A stretch of DNA of 64,000 nucleotides from a bacterium. GTDB taxonomy: Bacteria > Patescibacteriota > Minisyncoccia > Phycocordibacterales > UBA5272. Where the stretch lies: assembly GCA_027482685.1 (NCBI GenBank), contig JAIXVU010000001.1:64910-128909 (forward strand). The letters run 5' to 3'. Made by a program: the position numbers and the translations under genes. The notes under the pieces are model-generated. The model was not told the origin of the DNA. It ran no database searches and worked only from the letters and a program-made list of their open reading frames with translations. Below are positions 18,597-27,679 of this stretch, one piece after another. How positions within the stretch are numbered: position 1 is the first letter of the stretch; the number at the start of each line of letters is the position of its first letter.

Positions 18597-19040
18597 ATGT
18601 CATGGGGCAAGTTCCAAAGCACGGGTGATCAAGTAGAAGCTCTTGTTTCTCGAAAGCAAGAGAACAGTCTGTGGGCAAGTTTAGACGGCATAACAAAGGT
18701 GCTTCTTGTACTCTATGTTGCCTTGCTGACGGTTCTCTTTGCTGGTATAAGTATGTACATGCTCTACCTCCTGAGCATCTCAAGAGTTTTCGGGGTTAGT
18801 GCGCTTCAAGTCACATCGCTCGTTGCTGTACCTCTTGTTGTGATAGGTCTCTGGCGTATCATCAGGAATAATAAGAGAGTTCTTCACCCAAAGGTGATCG
18901 GACTTGTCTCCGTCGTTTGCCTGTTCAATACATACATCTTGTATGTCAATAACTGGGTACCGATGTGGGCATATCTTGTACTATGTGCAATCTGCATTGC
19001 ATGTATGCTAGTGGCTGCTTACTTCAACAAACGGGCATAA
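18597..19040 (+). CDS. Hypothetical polytopic small membrane protein
   Basis: Three or four hydrophobic helices are present. GC is higher than the backbone, and a GC-rich terminator follows. Confidence 0.45.
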   Translation: MSWGKFQSTGDQVEALVSRKQENSLWASLDGITKVLLVLYVALLTVLFAGISMYMLYLLSISRVFGVSALQVTSLVAVPLVVIGLWRIIRNNKRVLHPKVIGLVSVVCLFNTYILYVNNWVPMWAYLVLCAICIACMLVAAYFNKRA

Positions 19041-19078
19041 CAATATATGCCACCACTGGTTAAGGAGATGACCATAGA

Positions 19079-19110
19079 CCCCCTACAGCGTAATGCTGAG
19101 GGGGTTTCTT
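19079..19110 (+). terminator. Intrinsic terminator (CCCCCTACAGC...GCTGAGGGGG followed by TTTCTT)
   Basis: Read directly. There is one bulged base in the stem. Confidence 0.45.
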
Positions 19111-19265
19111 ATTGATATCTAAAATTTGCAAAGCCATGGCCCTGTACAAGCGTATTTGGTACAAATAATATAGAACTTGACAGAATAAATATAGTAAGTA
19201 TAATATATATCGGATTGTGTCAAGTTCTATGTTTTTCAACCAACGATCACGAAAGGATCCTAACC

Positions 19266-19784
19266 ATGCGCTCACCGACTCAATGGCTGGCCGACCTCAT
19301 CGAGCCCCTCCTCCGTCGCATTGGCAGCTCAAGTCCGCTAAATGCAATCGCGACAAGCGAAAACTTCAAAGGCGTCGACAAAAAAACCAAAAGTCTTGAG
19401 AAGGGCTTCGCCACTTTTGTGAATGGCTTCGAAATCTGGTCTTTTGTCCTCGGATGGATCATCCTGTTAGTGGGGGTCGTCGCTTTTGTGATGAACATCA
19501 CCGGCGTCGTCCCTATCTATGCGGTAGGACTCTCAGGACTTTTCCTGATGATCCTTGGTTCGCTTCCTGTGATGACAGTGAACTTCTGCCGGTTCATGTT
19601 TGCGGGAATGAAATGGCACTTACTGTCTTTTATTCCAGCAGCTTGTATGTTCGCTTATGCGTTGCAGTTCATCCAGACTAAGGGAATTGCTGATATCAAT
19701 GCTGTGCAGAGCATTGTCATGTTCAACGCCTTCCTCGGTGCGCTGTGGACACTGAGATGGTTCTATAACTTCATCAGAAAGTGA
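19266..19784 (+). CDS. Hypothetical polytopic membrane protein (start chosen at the internal Met, MRSPTQ...)
   Basis: AAAGGATCC lies 5 nt upstream of the ATG at 19266. Four hydrophobic helices are present, GC is about 52%, and a GC-rich terminator follows. Confidence 0.5.
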   Translation: MRSPTQWLADLIEPLLRRIGSSSPLNAIATSENFKGVDKKTKSLEKGFATFVNGFEIWSFVLGWIILLVGVVAFVMNITGVVPIYAVGLSGLFLMILGSLPVMTVNFCRFMFAGMKWHLLSFIPAACMFAYALQFIQTKGIADINAVQSIVMFNAFLGALWTLRWFYNFIRK

Positions 19785-19793
19785 TGAAGACAA

Positions 19794-19824
19794 GGCCCGA
19801 GCGCGTACGCGCTCGGGCCTTTCG
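19794..19824 (+). terminator. Intrinsic terminator (GGCCCGAGCGCG-TA-CGCGCTCGGGCC followed by TTTCG)
   Basis: A perfect 12-bp stem was read directly. Confidence 0.5.
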
Positions 19825-19977
19825 CAAGACACACTACTTTGTCTTTACCTTCTTTGGTTTCTTTAACTCTTTTTTGTGATATTTTTCTTCTTTTGCCATA
19901 TGATACTAGTATACGACCTTCTTACATAAATTATGTGTTAGACCTGTGTACAATGCTAATTAAAGTTAAACTTCTAA

Positions 19978-20355
19978 TTATTTATGACAGAGTTTAGATA
20001 ATGTACGACCAGTAGCAATAGCCTCTGCCTCAGTCTTGAAATATATTTTATTTTTAGTGGATATTTTACTTGACCCACTACACCACGTAAATGTATATGT
20101 CTTGCCTTTACTGCTAGCAAATGGAAGATTTGCATCGGGTATACTCCCAGATGCTTCCTGTGGGACTCTCTCTCCTTCTCTATAGCTAACATCGGATGCT
20201 GAGACAGTAATGGTAAGGATATATAGTGTTGTTCCCGTAAGAATAAGACTTGTCGAAGAAACCCCTATTACGTCTAGAATAGATAGCCTGCTATTGATTT
20301 TCTTTGCATAATCTTGTATACTATGTAGCACATTAGGTAGATTAAATCGGTTCAT
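19978..20355 (-). CDS. Hypothetical membrane-anchored protein
   Basis: An internal TM helix (LILTGTTLYILTITV) and a small Cys-containing C-terminal domain are present. It is divergent from rpmA. Confidence 0.4.
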   Translation of the reverse strand: MNRFNLPNVLHSIQDYAKKINSRLSILDVIGVSSTSLILTGTTLYILTITVSASDVSYREGERVPQEASGSIPDANLPFASSKGKTYTFTWCSGSSKISTKNKIYFKTEAEAIATGRTLSKLCHK

Positions 20356-20376
20356 CCGAGTATTATAATATAAGCT

Positions 20377-20649
20377 ATGGCAACAAGAAAAGCCGCAGGT
20401 TCGGCAAAAAACCTAACAGATAGTAAGCCAAAGTACTTAGGTACCAAGCTTTATGCTGGCGAGATAGCATCAGCTGGGGCTATTATCGTGCGTCAGCGCG
20501 GAACTAAGATCCTCCCTGGAAAGAATGTTGGACTTGGAAAAGATCATACACTCTTTGCTCTCAAAGAAGGTAAAGTAAACTTTTCAGAAAAGAAGATGAA
20601 ACATCTGGACGGAAGTATGAAGCGCAAGAAAATTGCAAACGTTGAGTAA
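20377..20649 (+). CDS. rpmA: 50S ribosomal protein L27
   Basis: [12 protein letters not shown]...[25 protein letters not shown] is a typical L27 sequence, and the size is 90 aa. Confidence 0.85.
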   Translation: MATRKAAGSAKNLTDSKPKYLGTKLYAGEIASAGAIIVRQRGTKILPGKNVGLGKDHTLFALKEGKVNFSEKKMKHLDGSMKRKKIANVE

Positions 20650-20659
20650 GAGATTATAG

Positions 20660-20708
20660 ATAGAGATGCAAAGAGCGCGACCGAAGGTCGCGCTCTTTGC
20701 ATCTCTAT
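20660..20708. terminator. Perfect 23-bp-stem hairpin (loop GAA) serving as a bidirectional terminator between rpmA (+) and rplI (-)
   Basis: ATAGAGATGCAAAGAGCGCGACC-GAA-GGTCGCGCTCTTTGCATCTCTAT was read directly, flanked by convergent gene ends at 20649 and 20731. Confidence 0.6.
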
Positions 20709-20730
20709 ATCCAATCAACAATATCAGAAA

Positions 20731-21171
20731 TTATTTCACACTAATTGTAAACGGCTCTCTTTTGCCTGATTGTTTGAGATACACCGTGTGGTTGCCTAGT
20801 GCTTTGATAGGCTTATCAATTTCTAATTGTTTCGGATCAACTGACAAAGATGTAACACTAAAAATTGCATCCACAACATCTTCACTTTTTATTTGAGCAA
20901 AAAGCTGCCCTTTCTCATCATGTTTCTTGCCTGTTACGATAACCTCTTTCCTTCGTAGTTCATCTAGTAATTTAGCAAACACACTCGTTGCTAGTTCTTT
21001 TTTGTGAAGGATCGATTCTTCTTTTTGTTTCCACTTAGCAAGCTCACTAGGGGTTGCTAGGATTGCTTTTTTCTTTGCTAGTAATACATTGATAGCATAT
21101 CCGTCTGCAACCTCCTTCACCTCGCCTCGTTTACCAACTTTTGCAATATCAAGTAATAGAATGACTTTCAT
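20731..21171 (-). CDS. rplI: 50S ribosomal protein L9
   Basis: MKVILLLDIAKVGKRGEVKEVADGYAINVLL matches the L9 N-terminal consensus, and the size is 146 aa. Confidence 0.85.
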   Translation of the reverse strand: MKVILLLDIAKVGKRGEVKEVADGYAINVLLAKKKAILATPSELAKWKQKEESILHKKELATSVFAKLLDELRRKEVIVTGKKHDEKGQLFAQIKSEDVVDAIFSVTSLSVDPKQLEIDKPIKALGNHTVYLKQSGKREPFTISVK

Positions 21172-21180
21172 TCCCTTATA

Positions 21181-22410
21181 CTACTTGATTTGTTTAACAA
21201 CTTCAATAGCTTTTTTCATTTGAATATCTATGAGAGTACCGTCTTTGTTTTTAGGTGATGAAGTTCCGAAACTAACTGGAAAATCTGGCACAATACCGTG
21301 CTCTGAGATAGATACTCCGTTTGGTGTATACCATTTCGCGATAGTTACCTTAAGCGATGAACCGTCTGGTAAATTGATAAGTTCTTGTACAGAACCTTTC
21401 CCAAACGATTTCTCTCCAACGACTTTTGCAATACCGTGGTCACGTAATGCTCCTGCTAATATCTCAGAAGCTGATGCGGAACCATTATCTACAAGAACAA
21501 CCACTTGTATATCGCGAGGAAGACCTGTTATTGCTGTACTTCTGTGATTCACTACTTTTGCATCCTTGCCTTGCTTTTCACTTACAACAACAGTTCCTTC
21601 AGGTAAGAAGTAGCTAGCCATGTTAACAGCAGCTTCTAGATAACCTCCTGGGTTACCTCGAACATCTATGATGAGCTTTTTACTTCCTGATTGTATAAAT
21701 GAAGTTAGTGCGTCACGGAAAGCATCAGGCGCCTCTGCTGAGAAGTTATAGAGATGAATAATGAATACCCCTTCTTTTGTCTCTGTATCTATTGTTGGGA
21801 TCTTAATCTCCTTTCGAATTATTGTAATATCTGTCGTAACTTTTGTTCCTGGGTGGATAACAGTAATTTTAACCGATGTGTCTATTTCACCACGAATAAG
21901 GTTAACGGCTTTATCAGATGATTCCCCTACTACACTTTTACCATCAACAGCAGTTATGATATCTCCTGCCTTTATACCAGCTTTCATTGCTGGTGAATCC
22001 TTAAGTGGAGCAATAACAACAATATTGCCATCCTTCATACCAACAGTCATACCAACTCCACCAAAAGAGCCCTTTACATTCTGTGCGAAACTCTTAGCTT
22101 CAACTGGTGGGAAAAATACAGTATAAGGATCCTTGTAGCTATTTACATAGCCTTGTATCATACCATATTCTAGTTCCTTTGCAGTTGGTGCGGTTGACGA
22201 TGCCTTCCAGAAAATAAACTTCTCATCGATTGTTGCTTTTACTTGACTTAAAAGTGGGCTTTCTATTTTTCCATTTGCTGCGTAGTTGCTATCGTTTGTT
22301 ATTTGCGCCCCAACAAGTACCCCAACCCCAAAAAGTGTTGAGATAATAATAATCCCGCCTAATAACCTAATTGCTCGTTTGTGTAATAGTGTATGTAATG
22401 ATGCTTTCAT
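21181..22410 (-). CDS. S41-family carboxyl-terminal processing peptidase (CtpA-like)
   Basis: A PDZ segment and the S41 catalytic region IDVRGNPGGYL...KSFGKGSVQ are present. There is an N-terminal TM/signal sequence. Confidence 0.8.
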   Translation of the reverse strand: MKASLHTLLHKRAIRLLGGIIIISTLFGVGVLVGAQITNDSNYAANGKIESPLLSQVKATIDEKFIFWKASSTAPTAKELEYGMIQGYVNSYKDPYTVFFPPVEAKSFAQNVKGSFGGVGMTVGMKDGNIVVIAPLKDSPAMKAGIKAGDIITAVDGKSVVGESSDKAVNLIRGEIDTSVKITVIHPGTKVTTDITIIRKEIKIPTIDTETKEGVFIIHLYNFSAEAPDAFRDALTSFIQSGSKKLIIDVRGNPGGYLEAAVNMASYFLPEGTVVVSEKQGKDAKVVNHRSTAITGLPRDIQVVVLVDNGSASASEILAGALRDHGIAKVVGEKSFGKGSVQELINLPDGSSLKVTIAKWYTPNGVSISEHGIVPDFPVSFGTSSPKNKDGTLIDIQMKKAIEVVKQIK

Positions 22411-22456
22411 ACATAAGAGTATATACTAATGGTGTGATAGAATAAAAGGATAACTA

Positions 22457-23872
22457 ATGGTTCCGTGGTGTATGTCAAAAACAATAATTCTCTACAATAC
22501 AGCATCAAAGAAAGAAGAAGTTTTCACGCCGATAGAAACAGATAAAGTAGCAATATACTCCTGTGGGCCTACGGTGTATCATTATCCTCATTTAGGAAAC
22601 CTTCGTGCTGTAGTTTTTGCAGATACTCTTAGGAGAATGTTCATGTTTGCTGGTTACTCTGTTACTCATATTATTAATATCACAGATGTCGGACATCTTA
22701 CATCAGATAGTGATGATGGTGATGATAAGATGGAAAAAGGCGCAGCTCGTGAAGGTAAAAGTGTCTGGGATATTGCAAAGTTCTATACTGATGATTATTT
22801 CAACTCATTAAAGTTACTTAATATTCCGCTAGATGCGTATACATTTCCTCGCGCAACAGACACTATTCCTGAGCAGATAGCACTCATTCAATCTCTCGTT
22901 GATAAGGGATATACGTATACGATTACCGATGGTATATATTTTGATACATCTAAGTTCCCATCATATGCGGATTTTGCTCATCTTGATATCAAAGGCCTTC
23001 AGTCAGGTGCTCGAGTAACAGAAAATGCAAAAAAGAAAAATATTACAGATTTCGCATTATGGAAATTTTCTCCAAAAGATGAACAACGGCAGATGGAGTG
23101 GGATTCTCCGTGGGGTAAAGGTTTCCCTGGGTGGCATATAGAGTGTTCTGCAATGTCCAAGAAAATTCTCGGGCCTCATTTTGATATCCATACTGGTGGA
23201 ATAGATCACATCCCTGTGCATCATACCAATGAGATAGCACAAAGTGTTTGTGCGAATGATGAAAAATATGTAAATTACTGGATGCATGTAAATTTTCTAA
23301 ATGATGCAAGCGGTAAAATGTCAAAATCTAATGGCGATTTCCTGCGTCTTCAGACATTACTTGAGATGAATATTGATCCACTTGTGTATCGTTACTATCT
23401 TCTTATGACTCACTATCGTGCAGAGATAGCCTTTTCTTTCGAATCGCTTCATGCCGCAGAGACTGCATACAATAAACTAATCGCGTATCTGCATGAACAT
23501 AGAGATAGTGAAGGTGTGGTAATTGAAAGCTATAAAAATGCTTTTGAAGATGCTATGTATAACGATCTGGGTACCCCTACTGCTATAGCGCTTATATGGA
23601 AACTTATAAAAGATACCACATGCAATGATGCTGACAAAGTTAGTACTATTTTTGATTTTGATAGTACTCTTGGGCTAGGACTTAAAGAGCAATCAGAAAA
23701 AAAAGATGAGATTGTAATAATCCCTGACGAAATTCAAAAGCTTCTTAATGAAAGAAAGACTGCGAAAGAAAATAAGGACTATAATCACTCTGATCAATTA
23801 CGTACAGAAATAGAAAAGCGTGGCTACATAATCACAGATACTCAAGGAGAACAAAAAGTCACTAAAATATAA
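22457..23872 (+). CDS. cysS: Cysteine--tRNA ligase (the likely start is the internal MSKTIILYN at about 22472)
   Basis: The class I motifs CGPTVYHYPHLGN (HIGH-like) and KMSKSNGD (KMSKS) are present, with a zinc-binding Cys context. The size is 471 aa. Confidence 0.9.
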   Translation: MVPWCMSKTIILYNTASKKEEVFTPIETDKVAIYSCGPTVYHYPHLGNLRAVVFADTLRRMFMFAGYSVTHIINITDVGHLTSDSDDGDDKMEKGAAREGKSVWDIAKFYTDDYFNSLKLLNIPLDAYTFPRATDTIPEQIALIQSLVDKGYTYTITDGIYFDTSKFPSYADFAHLDIKGLQSGARVTENAKKKNITDFALWKFSPKDEQRQMEWDSPWGKGFPGWHIECSAMSKKILGPHFDIHTGGIDHIPVHHTNEIAQSVCANDEKYVNYWMHVNFLNDASGKMSKSNGDFLRLQTLLEMNIDPLVYRYYLLMTHYRAEIAFSFESLHAAETAYNKLIAYLHEHRDSEGVVIESYKNAFEDAMYNDLGTPTAIALIWKLIKDTTCNDADKVSTIFDFDSTLGLGLKEQSEKKDEIVIIPDEIQKLLNERKTAKENKDYNHSDQLRTEIEKRGYIITDTQGEQKVTKI

Positions 23873-23876
23873 AAAA

Positions 23877-23899
23877 AGCTGTCTCACAAAGAGACAGCT
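23877..23899. terminator. Hairpin AGCTGTCTC-ACAAA-GAGACAGCT with the U-tract on the minus-strand side
   Basis: The plus strand has AAAAAAA immediately 5' of the hairpin, so it terminates the minus-strand small gene 23922..24167 and is possibly bidirectional. Confidence 0.45.
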
Positions 23900-23921
23900 T
23901 GCTGAAAAAAGAACAGCGGTG

Positions 23922-24167
23922 TTACCAGCCAACTTCGAATGTGTGGTAAGCTTTCTTGTTTCCAGGCAGACGCCTATACTGGTGAAAAGCATCCCATGGA
24001 CCGAATCGAAGAACTTCAATCCAGTCAAAATAAACCTTGATTGGGACACCCTCTGCGTTTACAACAAACACTGGGAGTACTACAAACTTTCTTGTCCAGT
24101 TCCTGGAATCAGGTGCGTCCACGACAGTATCTGATTTGTTAGGCAGTGTGACACAAATTGAGCACAT
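23922..24167 (-). CDS. Hypothetical small protein (81 aa)
   Basis: AAGGA lies 6 nt upstream of the ATG (minus strand), a terminator with U-tract follows, and GC is higher than in the surroundings. The overlapping plus-strand ORF is judged spurious. Confidence 0.4.
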   Translation of the reverse strand: MCSICVTLPNKSDTVVDAPDSRNWTRKFVVLPVFVVNAEGVPIKVYFDWIEVLRFGPWDAFHQYRRLPGNKKAYHTFEVGW

Positions 24168-24331
24168 AGATTGTCCTTATAAAAAGGTTGTTTATCGGAG
24201 AACATTCCCAAAAATATTATAAAGTAAATAACTATTTTGTCAAATATTACTTTTGCGTTTTCCAAACGCATATTATCCCCACTATCCACCTGAAACCACA
24301 TCCTTTTGATTGGCACAAGTAACACCCCCTC

Positions 24332-25819
24332 GTGTACAATACTTATATGATTCCCCTCGATCAACTTTCCGCACAGTCTAAGAGCCCTTCTAGAAAAAAG
24401 AGTGGTTACGATAAGTATGATAAACGTGGGGAAAAAGCCGATGACCCCCTTCGTGGTCCGCGTATTCCTCCACAGGATTTAGAATCTGAGAAAGCTTTGC
24501 TCGGATCCTTACTCCTTTCATCTGATGCTCTTTTTGAAATATCAGATATTGTTACTTCAGAGAGTTTCTACGCTGCAAAGCATCAGATTATTTTCGAAGC
24601 AATTGATATTTTAGTTAATAAAAAAGAGCCAGTAGATGTGCTCACAGTATCAGCGTTACTTCGTGAACGTAAAGAGTTTGATCAGATAGGAGGTGCGCCC
24701 TATCTTGGTGAATTACTCGGCCTTGTTGGCTCTGCTGCGAATGTTAAGTATTATGCACACATTGTTCGTAAGAAAGAGCTTCTCCGTCGTCTCATTGAGG
24801 CCAGTACTCATATTTCAGAGATTTCGTATGATGAATCTGAACCACTTGAGACCATATTAGAAGATGCAGAACGTCGGGTGTATGAAATAACGACAAAAGG
24901 TAGTTCTTCACAACGTCTTATCGCCTTCCAAGAAATGATAGAAGAAACGTGGGAACGTATCGAAAAATTATCAGAAAATACAGGCGAACTTCGTGGTGTC
25001 CCAAGTGGATTCAAAGCACTTGATAATAAATTATCAGGATTCCAAAAGTCTGACCTTATTATTCTTGCAGCCCGACCATCGGTTGGTAAGACTTCTCTTG
25101 CACTAGACTTTGCACGTCACGCGGCGGTTAAACATAACATCCCTGTTGCAATTTTTTCTCTTGAAATGAGTAAGGAACAGCTAGTTGACCGTATGTTATC
25201 TGCCCAGTCGCAAGTAGACAGCTGGAAACTACGTACAGGCCTCAATAAACATGCCTTAGATGAGGAATTTGCAAGATTAAATCAAGGTATGCATGAGCTT
25301 ATGAAAGCTCCTATCTATGTTGATGACAAAGCAGCAAACTCAATACTTAATATGCGAAGTGTACTACGTAGATTAAGTACTGATAAACCTATAGGTCTTA
25401 TAATTGTGGATTACTTACAGCTCATGAGTACTGCAAAAAATTACGATAACATGGTTAACCAAGTAACCGAAATTTCTCGTTCACTTAAAGCATTGGCAAA
25501 AGAGTTTAATGCTCCTGTTATTGCCCTCTCTCAATTATCTCGTGCAGTTGAAGCGCGTGGTGGCAAACCCAGACTCTCTGATCTTCGTGATTCTGGGTCT
25601 ATCGAACAAGATGCCGATATAGTAATGTTCATTCACCGTGAGAAGGATGAAGCAGGTGATAAAAAAAACATGGTAGAAATTTTGATAGAGAAGCATCGTA
25701 ATGGACCAACGGGGATGGTAGAACTCTACTTTGATGACAAGAAGACATCATTTGTGTCAGTTGAAAAAAGCGAGTTCGGGGATTTTGTACTGCCTTCAAT
25801 GAATATCCCCGATTTCTAA
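24332..25819 (+). CDS. dnaB: Replicative DNA helicase DnaB
   Basis: The DnaB N-terminal domain (DLESEKALLGSLLL), Walker A ARPSVGKTSLAL and the RecA-like C-terminal domain are present. The size is 495 aa. Confidence 0.85.
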   Translation: MYNTYMIPLDQLSAQSKSPSRKKSGYDKYDKRGEKADDPLRGPRIPPQDLESEKALLGSLLLSSDALFEISDIVTSESFYAAKHQIIFEAIDILVNKKEPVDVLTVSALLRERKEFDQIGGAPYLGELLGLVGSAANVKYYAHIVRKKELLRRLIEASTHISEISYDESEPLETILEDAERRVYEITTKGSSSQRLIAFQEMIEETWERIEKLSENTGELRGVPSGFKALDNKLSGFQKSDLIILAARPSVGKTSLALDFARHAAVKHNIPVAIFSLEMSKEQLVDRMLSAQSQVDSWKLRTGLNKHALDEEFARLNQGMHELMKAPIYVDDKAANSILNMRSVLRRLSTDKPIGLIIVDYLQLMSTAKNYDNMVNQVTEISRSLKALAKEFNAPVIALSQLSRAVEARGGKPRLSDLRDSGSIEQDADIVMFIHREKDEAGDKKNMVEILIEKHRNGPTGMVELYFDDKKTSFVSVEKSEFGDFVLPSMNIPDF

Positions 25820-25860
25820 CTCGTGTCTAACCATATGCATTCTCTGGTATACTATGCTTC

Positions 25861-26490
25861 ATGAATTCCATAGACAGGCTGACAGAACTTTTCATGCGCT
25901 TCCCCGGTATTGGACCAAAACAAGCTAGACGTTTTGTATATTTTCTCTTACGTGAGCATTCTCATTATAAGGAGCAACTCATAAAAGCACTTGAAGAGCT
26001 TAAGTTCACAGGCAAGCAATGTGAACTGTGCTTTAGATTTTTTGGTGATAAGTATGCTCAAGCTGAGGATATTACTATGTGTGATATTTGTAGATCAGAT
26101 GCACGCGATACCACAATTCTCATGATTGTTGAGAAAGAGCTCGATATGGATGCAATCGAAAAGACTGGGTCATATAACGGACTTTATTTTATTCTAGGTG
26201 GACTTGTCCCTCCACTTACAGAGAAACCATCTGAGCTTATCCGCATCAGAGAACTTACTTCACGAATTCATGCATCAATCAAAGATAGTGAGCTTAAGGA
26301 AATTATTTTTGCACTTCCTGTGACTGATTTTGGTGATGTAACAACAGAGTATATTGAAAAAACAATCAAACAAATAGTTGGCATAGAAAATATTACCCTC
26401 ACTAAGCTTGCACGCGGATTATCATCTGGTCTTGAACTTGAGTATGTAGACAAGAACACGTTTGATAGCGCTCTCTTACGGAGAAATTAA
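25861..26490 (+). CDS. recR: Recombination protein RecR
   Basis: The HhH motif FPGIGPKQARR, the C4 zinc finger CELCFRF...CDIC and a Toprim domain are present. The size is 209 aa. Confidence 0.85.
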   Translation: MNSIDRLTELFMRFPGIGPKQARRFVYFLLREHSHYKEQLIKALEELKFTGKQCELCFRFFGDKYAQAEDITMCDICRSDARDTTILMIVEKELDMDAIEKTGSYNGLYFILGGLVPPLTEKPSELIRIRELTSRIHASIKDSELKEIIFALPVTDFGDVTTEYIEKTIKQIVGIENITLTKLARGLSSGLELEYVDKNTFDSALLRRN

Positions 26491-26611
26491 TTTTTATATT
26501 GTTAAAATTTTACAGTTGATAGCAGTATTGACTACTCATATAAATCGGAGTAGTCTTACTGAAGAAACATACAAGATGTCTACTCTTTTTTACTTAGAGA
26601 AGGAGACTCAT

Positions 26612-26794
26612 ATGGTATCCAAGATCTTTACTTTCGGGGTGCTTGCATGCTCACTTGTCTTGGTTGCAGTCTACATCATCAGACATCCCTTGTTTGCTGA
26701 TGTGGCACGTTTCATACTCCTACTTGCCGTATTTGGGGTGCTTCTTTTGATATTGCGTGCTCGCAACACACACAAGAATACACCTCTACGATGA
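26612..26794 (+). CDS. Hypothetical small two-helix membrane protein (60 aa)
   Basis: A strong Shine-Dalgarno GAAGGAGA lies 6 nt before the ATG at 26612. The longer annotated ORF from 26462 is probably an upstream extension. Confidence 0.4.
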   Translation: MVSKIFTFGVLACSLVLVAVYIIRHPLFADVARFILLLAVFGVLLLILRARNTHKNTPLR

Positions 26795-26883
26795 GAGCAG
26801 GTAACTCTTTTTATAGCTTCAAAGTTGTCACTCTGCTAAGGTGACAAAATCCCGTTAAGTGGTTTGCTTAACGGGGTTCTTGT

Positions 26884-27201
26884 TTATGCGATAGAATCAA
26901 TTTTGAGACTCATATACGGCTGGCGGTGGCCGTTACGCTTGTGGTATCGTGACTTCTGACGGTAACGTACAATCATAACTTTATCAAGCTTACCTGATTC
27001 CGTAATTGTTGCTCCAACTTTACTTCCTGTGATGTATGGAGCACCAAGAGTGGTAACTTTTCCGTCATCTTTAAGAACGACAGATTCAATAGTGATCTTG
27101 TCTCCTATTTTATAATCTCCAAGTATTTTCTCTACAGCAATTTCATCGCCTACTGCGACTTTATACTGCTTTCCCCCTGTTTGAATAACTGCAAATGACA
27201 T
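26884..27201 (-). CDS. rplU: 50S ribosomal protein L21
   Basis: MSFAVIQTGGKQYKVAVGDEIAVEKI is the canonical L21 N-terminus. Confidence 0.85.
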   Translation of the reverse strand: MSFAVIQTGGKQYKVAVGDEIAVEKILGDYKIGDKITIESVVLKDDGKVTTLGAPYITGSKVGATITESGKLDKVMIVRYRQKSRYHKRNGHRQPYMSLKIDSIA

Positions 27202-27366
27202 AGTTGAATAATTATACAGTATTTTGGTAGTTTCTGCAAGTTAACAAAAGGAGAGGTATTACGTGATTTACGATAGTATTTGACTTCTTTTTGAAAGATC
27301 GTAGCATTATCAATAGTTGCCGTTCTTTACAGCTGTGTATCCTTATCTAGCCAAAGGGAGGTAAAT

Positions 27367-27609
27367 ATGGAGGTTCTCCGTGATTTACTCAAGGAATCTG
27401 TTGGATTCTTAGCCTATTTGATGAATGAAGTTCTTGGTGTTAACAGTGCGTCTTTCATCTTCGCTGTAGTCTTAGTACTAGTTGTTTTTTGTGCGGTACT
27501 AGCTCTGGCGTGGCTCCTCACACGTCTTCGTGGGACAGGCATGAGCGGGGGCACTACTTTTGGAGATGAGGAAATTTTCATCTCGAAGAATCCACAGAAA
27601 TCACTCTAA
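27367..27609 (+). CDS. Hypothetical small membrane protein (80 aa)
   Basis: The Shine-Dalgarno AAGGGAGGT precedes the ATG, one TM helix is present, and the terminator hairpin AAAAAACTGCTTCA...TGAAGCAGTTTTTCG follows at about 27627-27665. Confidence 0.45.
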   Translation: MEVLRDLLKESVGFLAYLMNEVLGVNSASFIFAVVLVLVVFCAVLALAWLLTRLRGTGMSGGTTFGDEEIFISKNPQKSL

Positions 27610-27679
27610 AGCAGGTCAATAAGTAAAAAACTGCTTCACTTATTACAAATGAAGCAGTTTTTCGTTATTATATTTTCAC

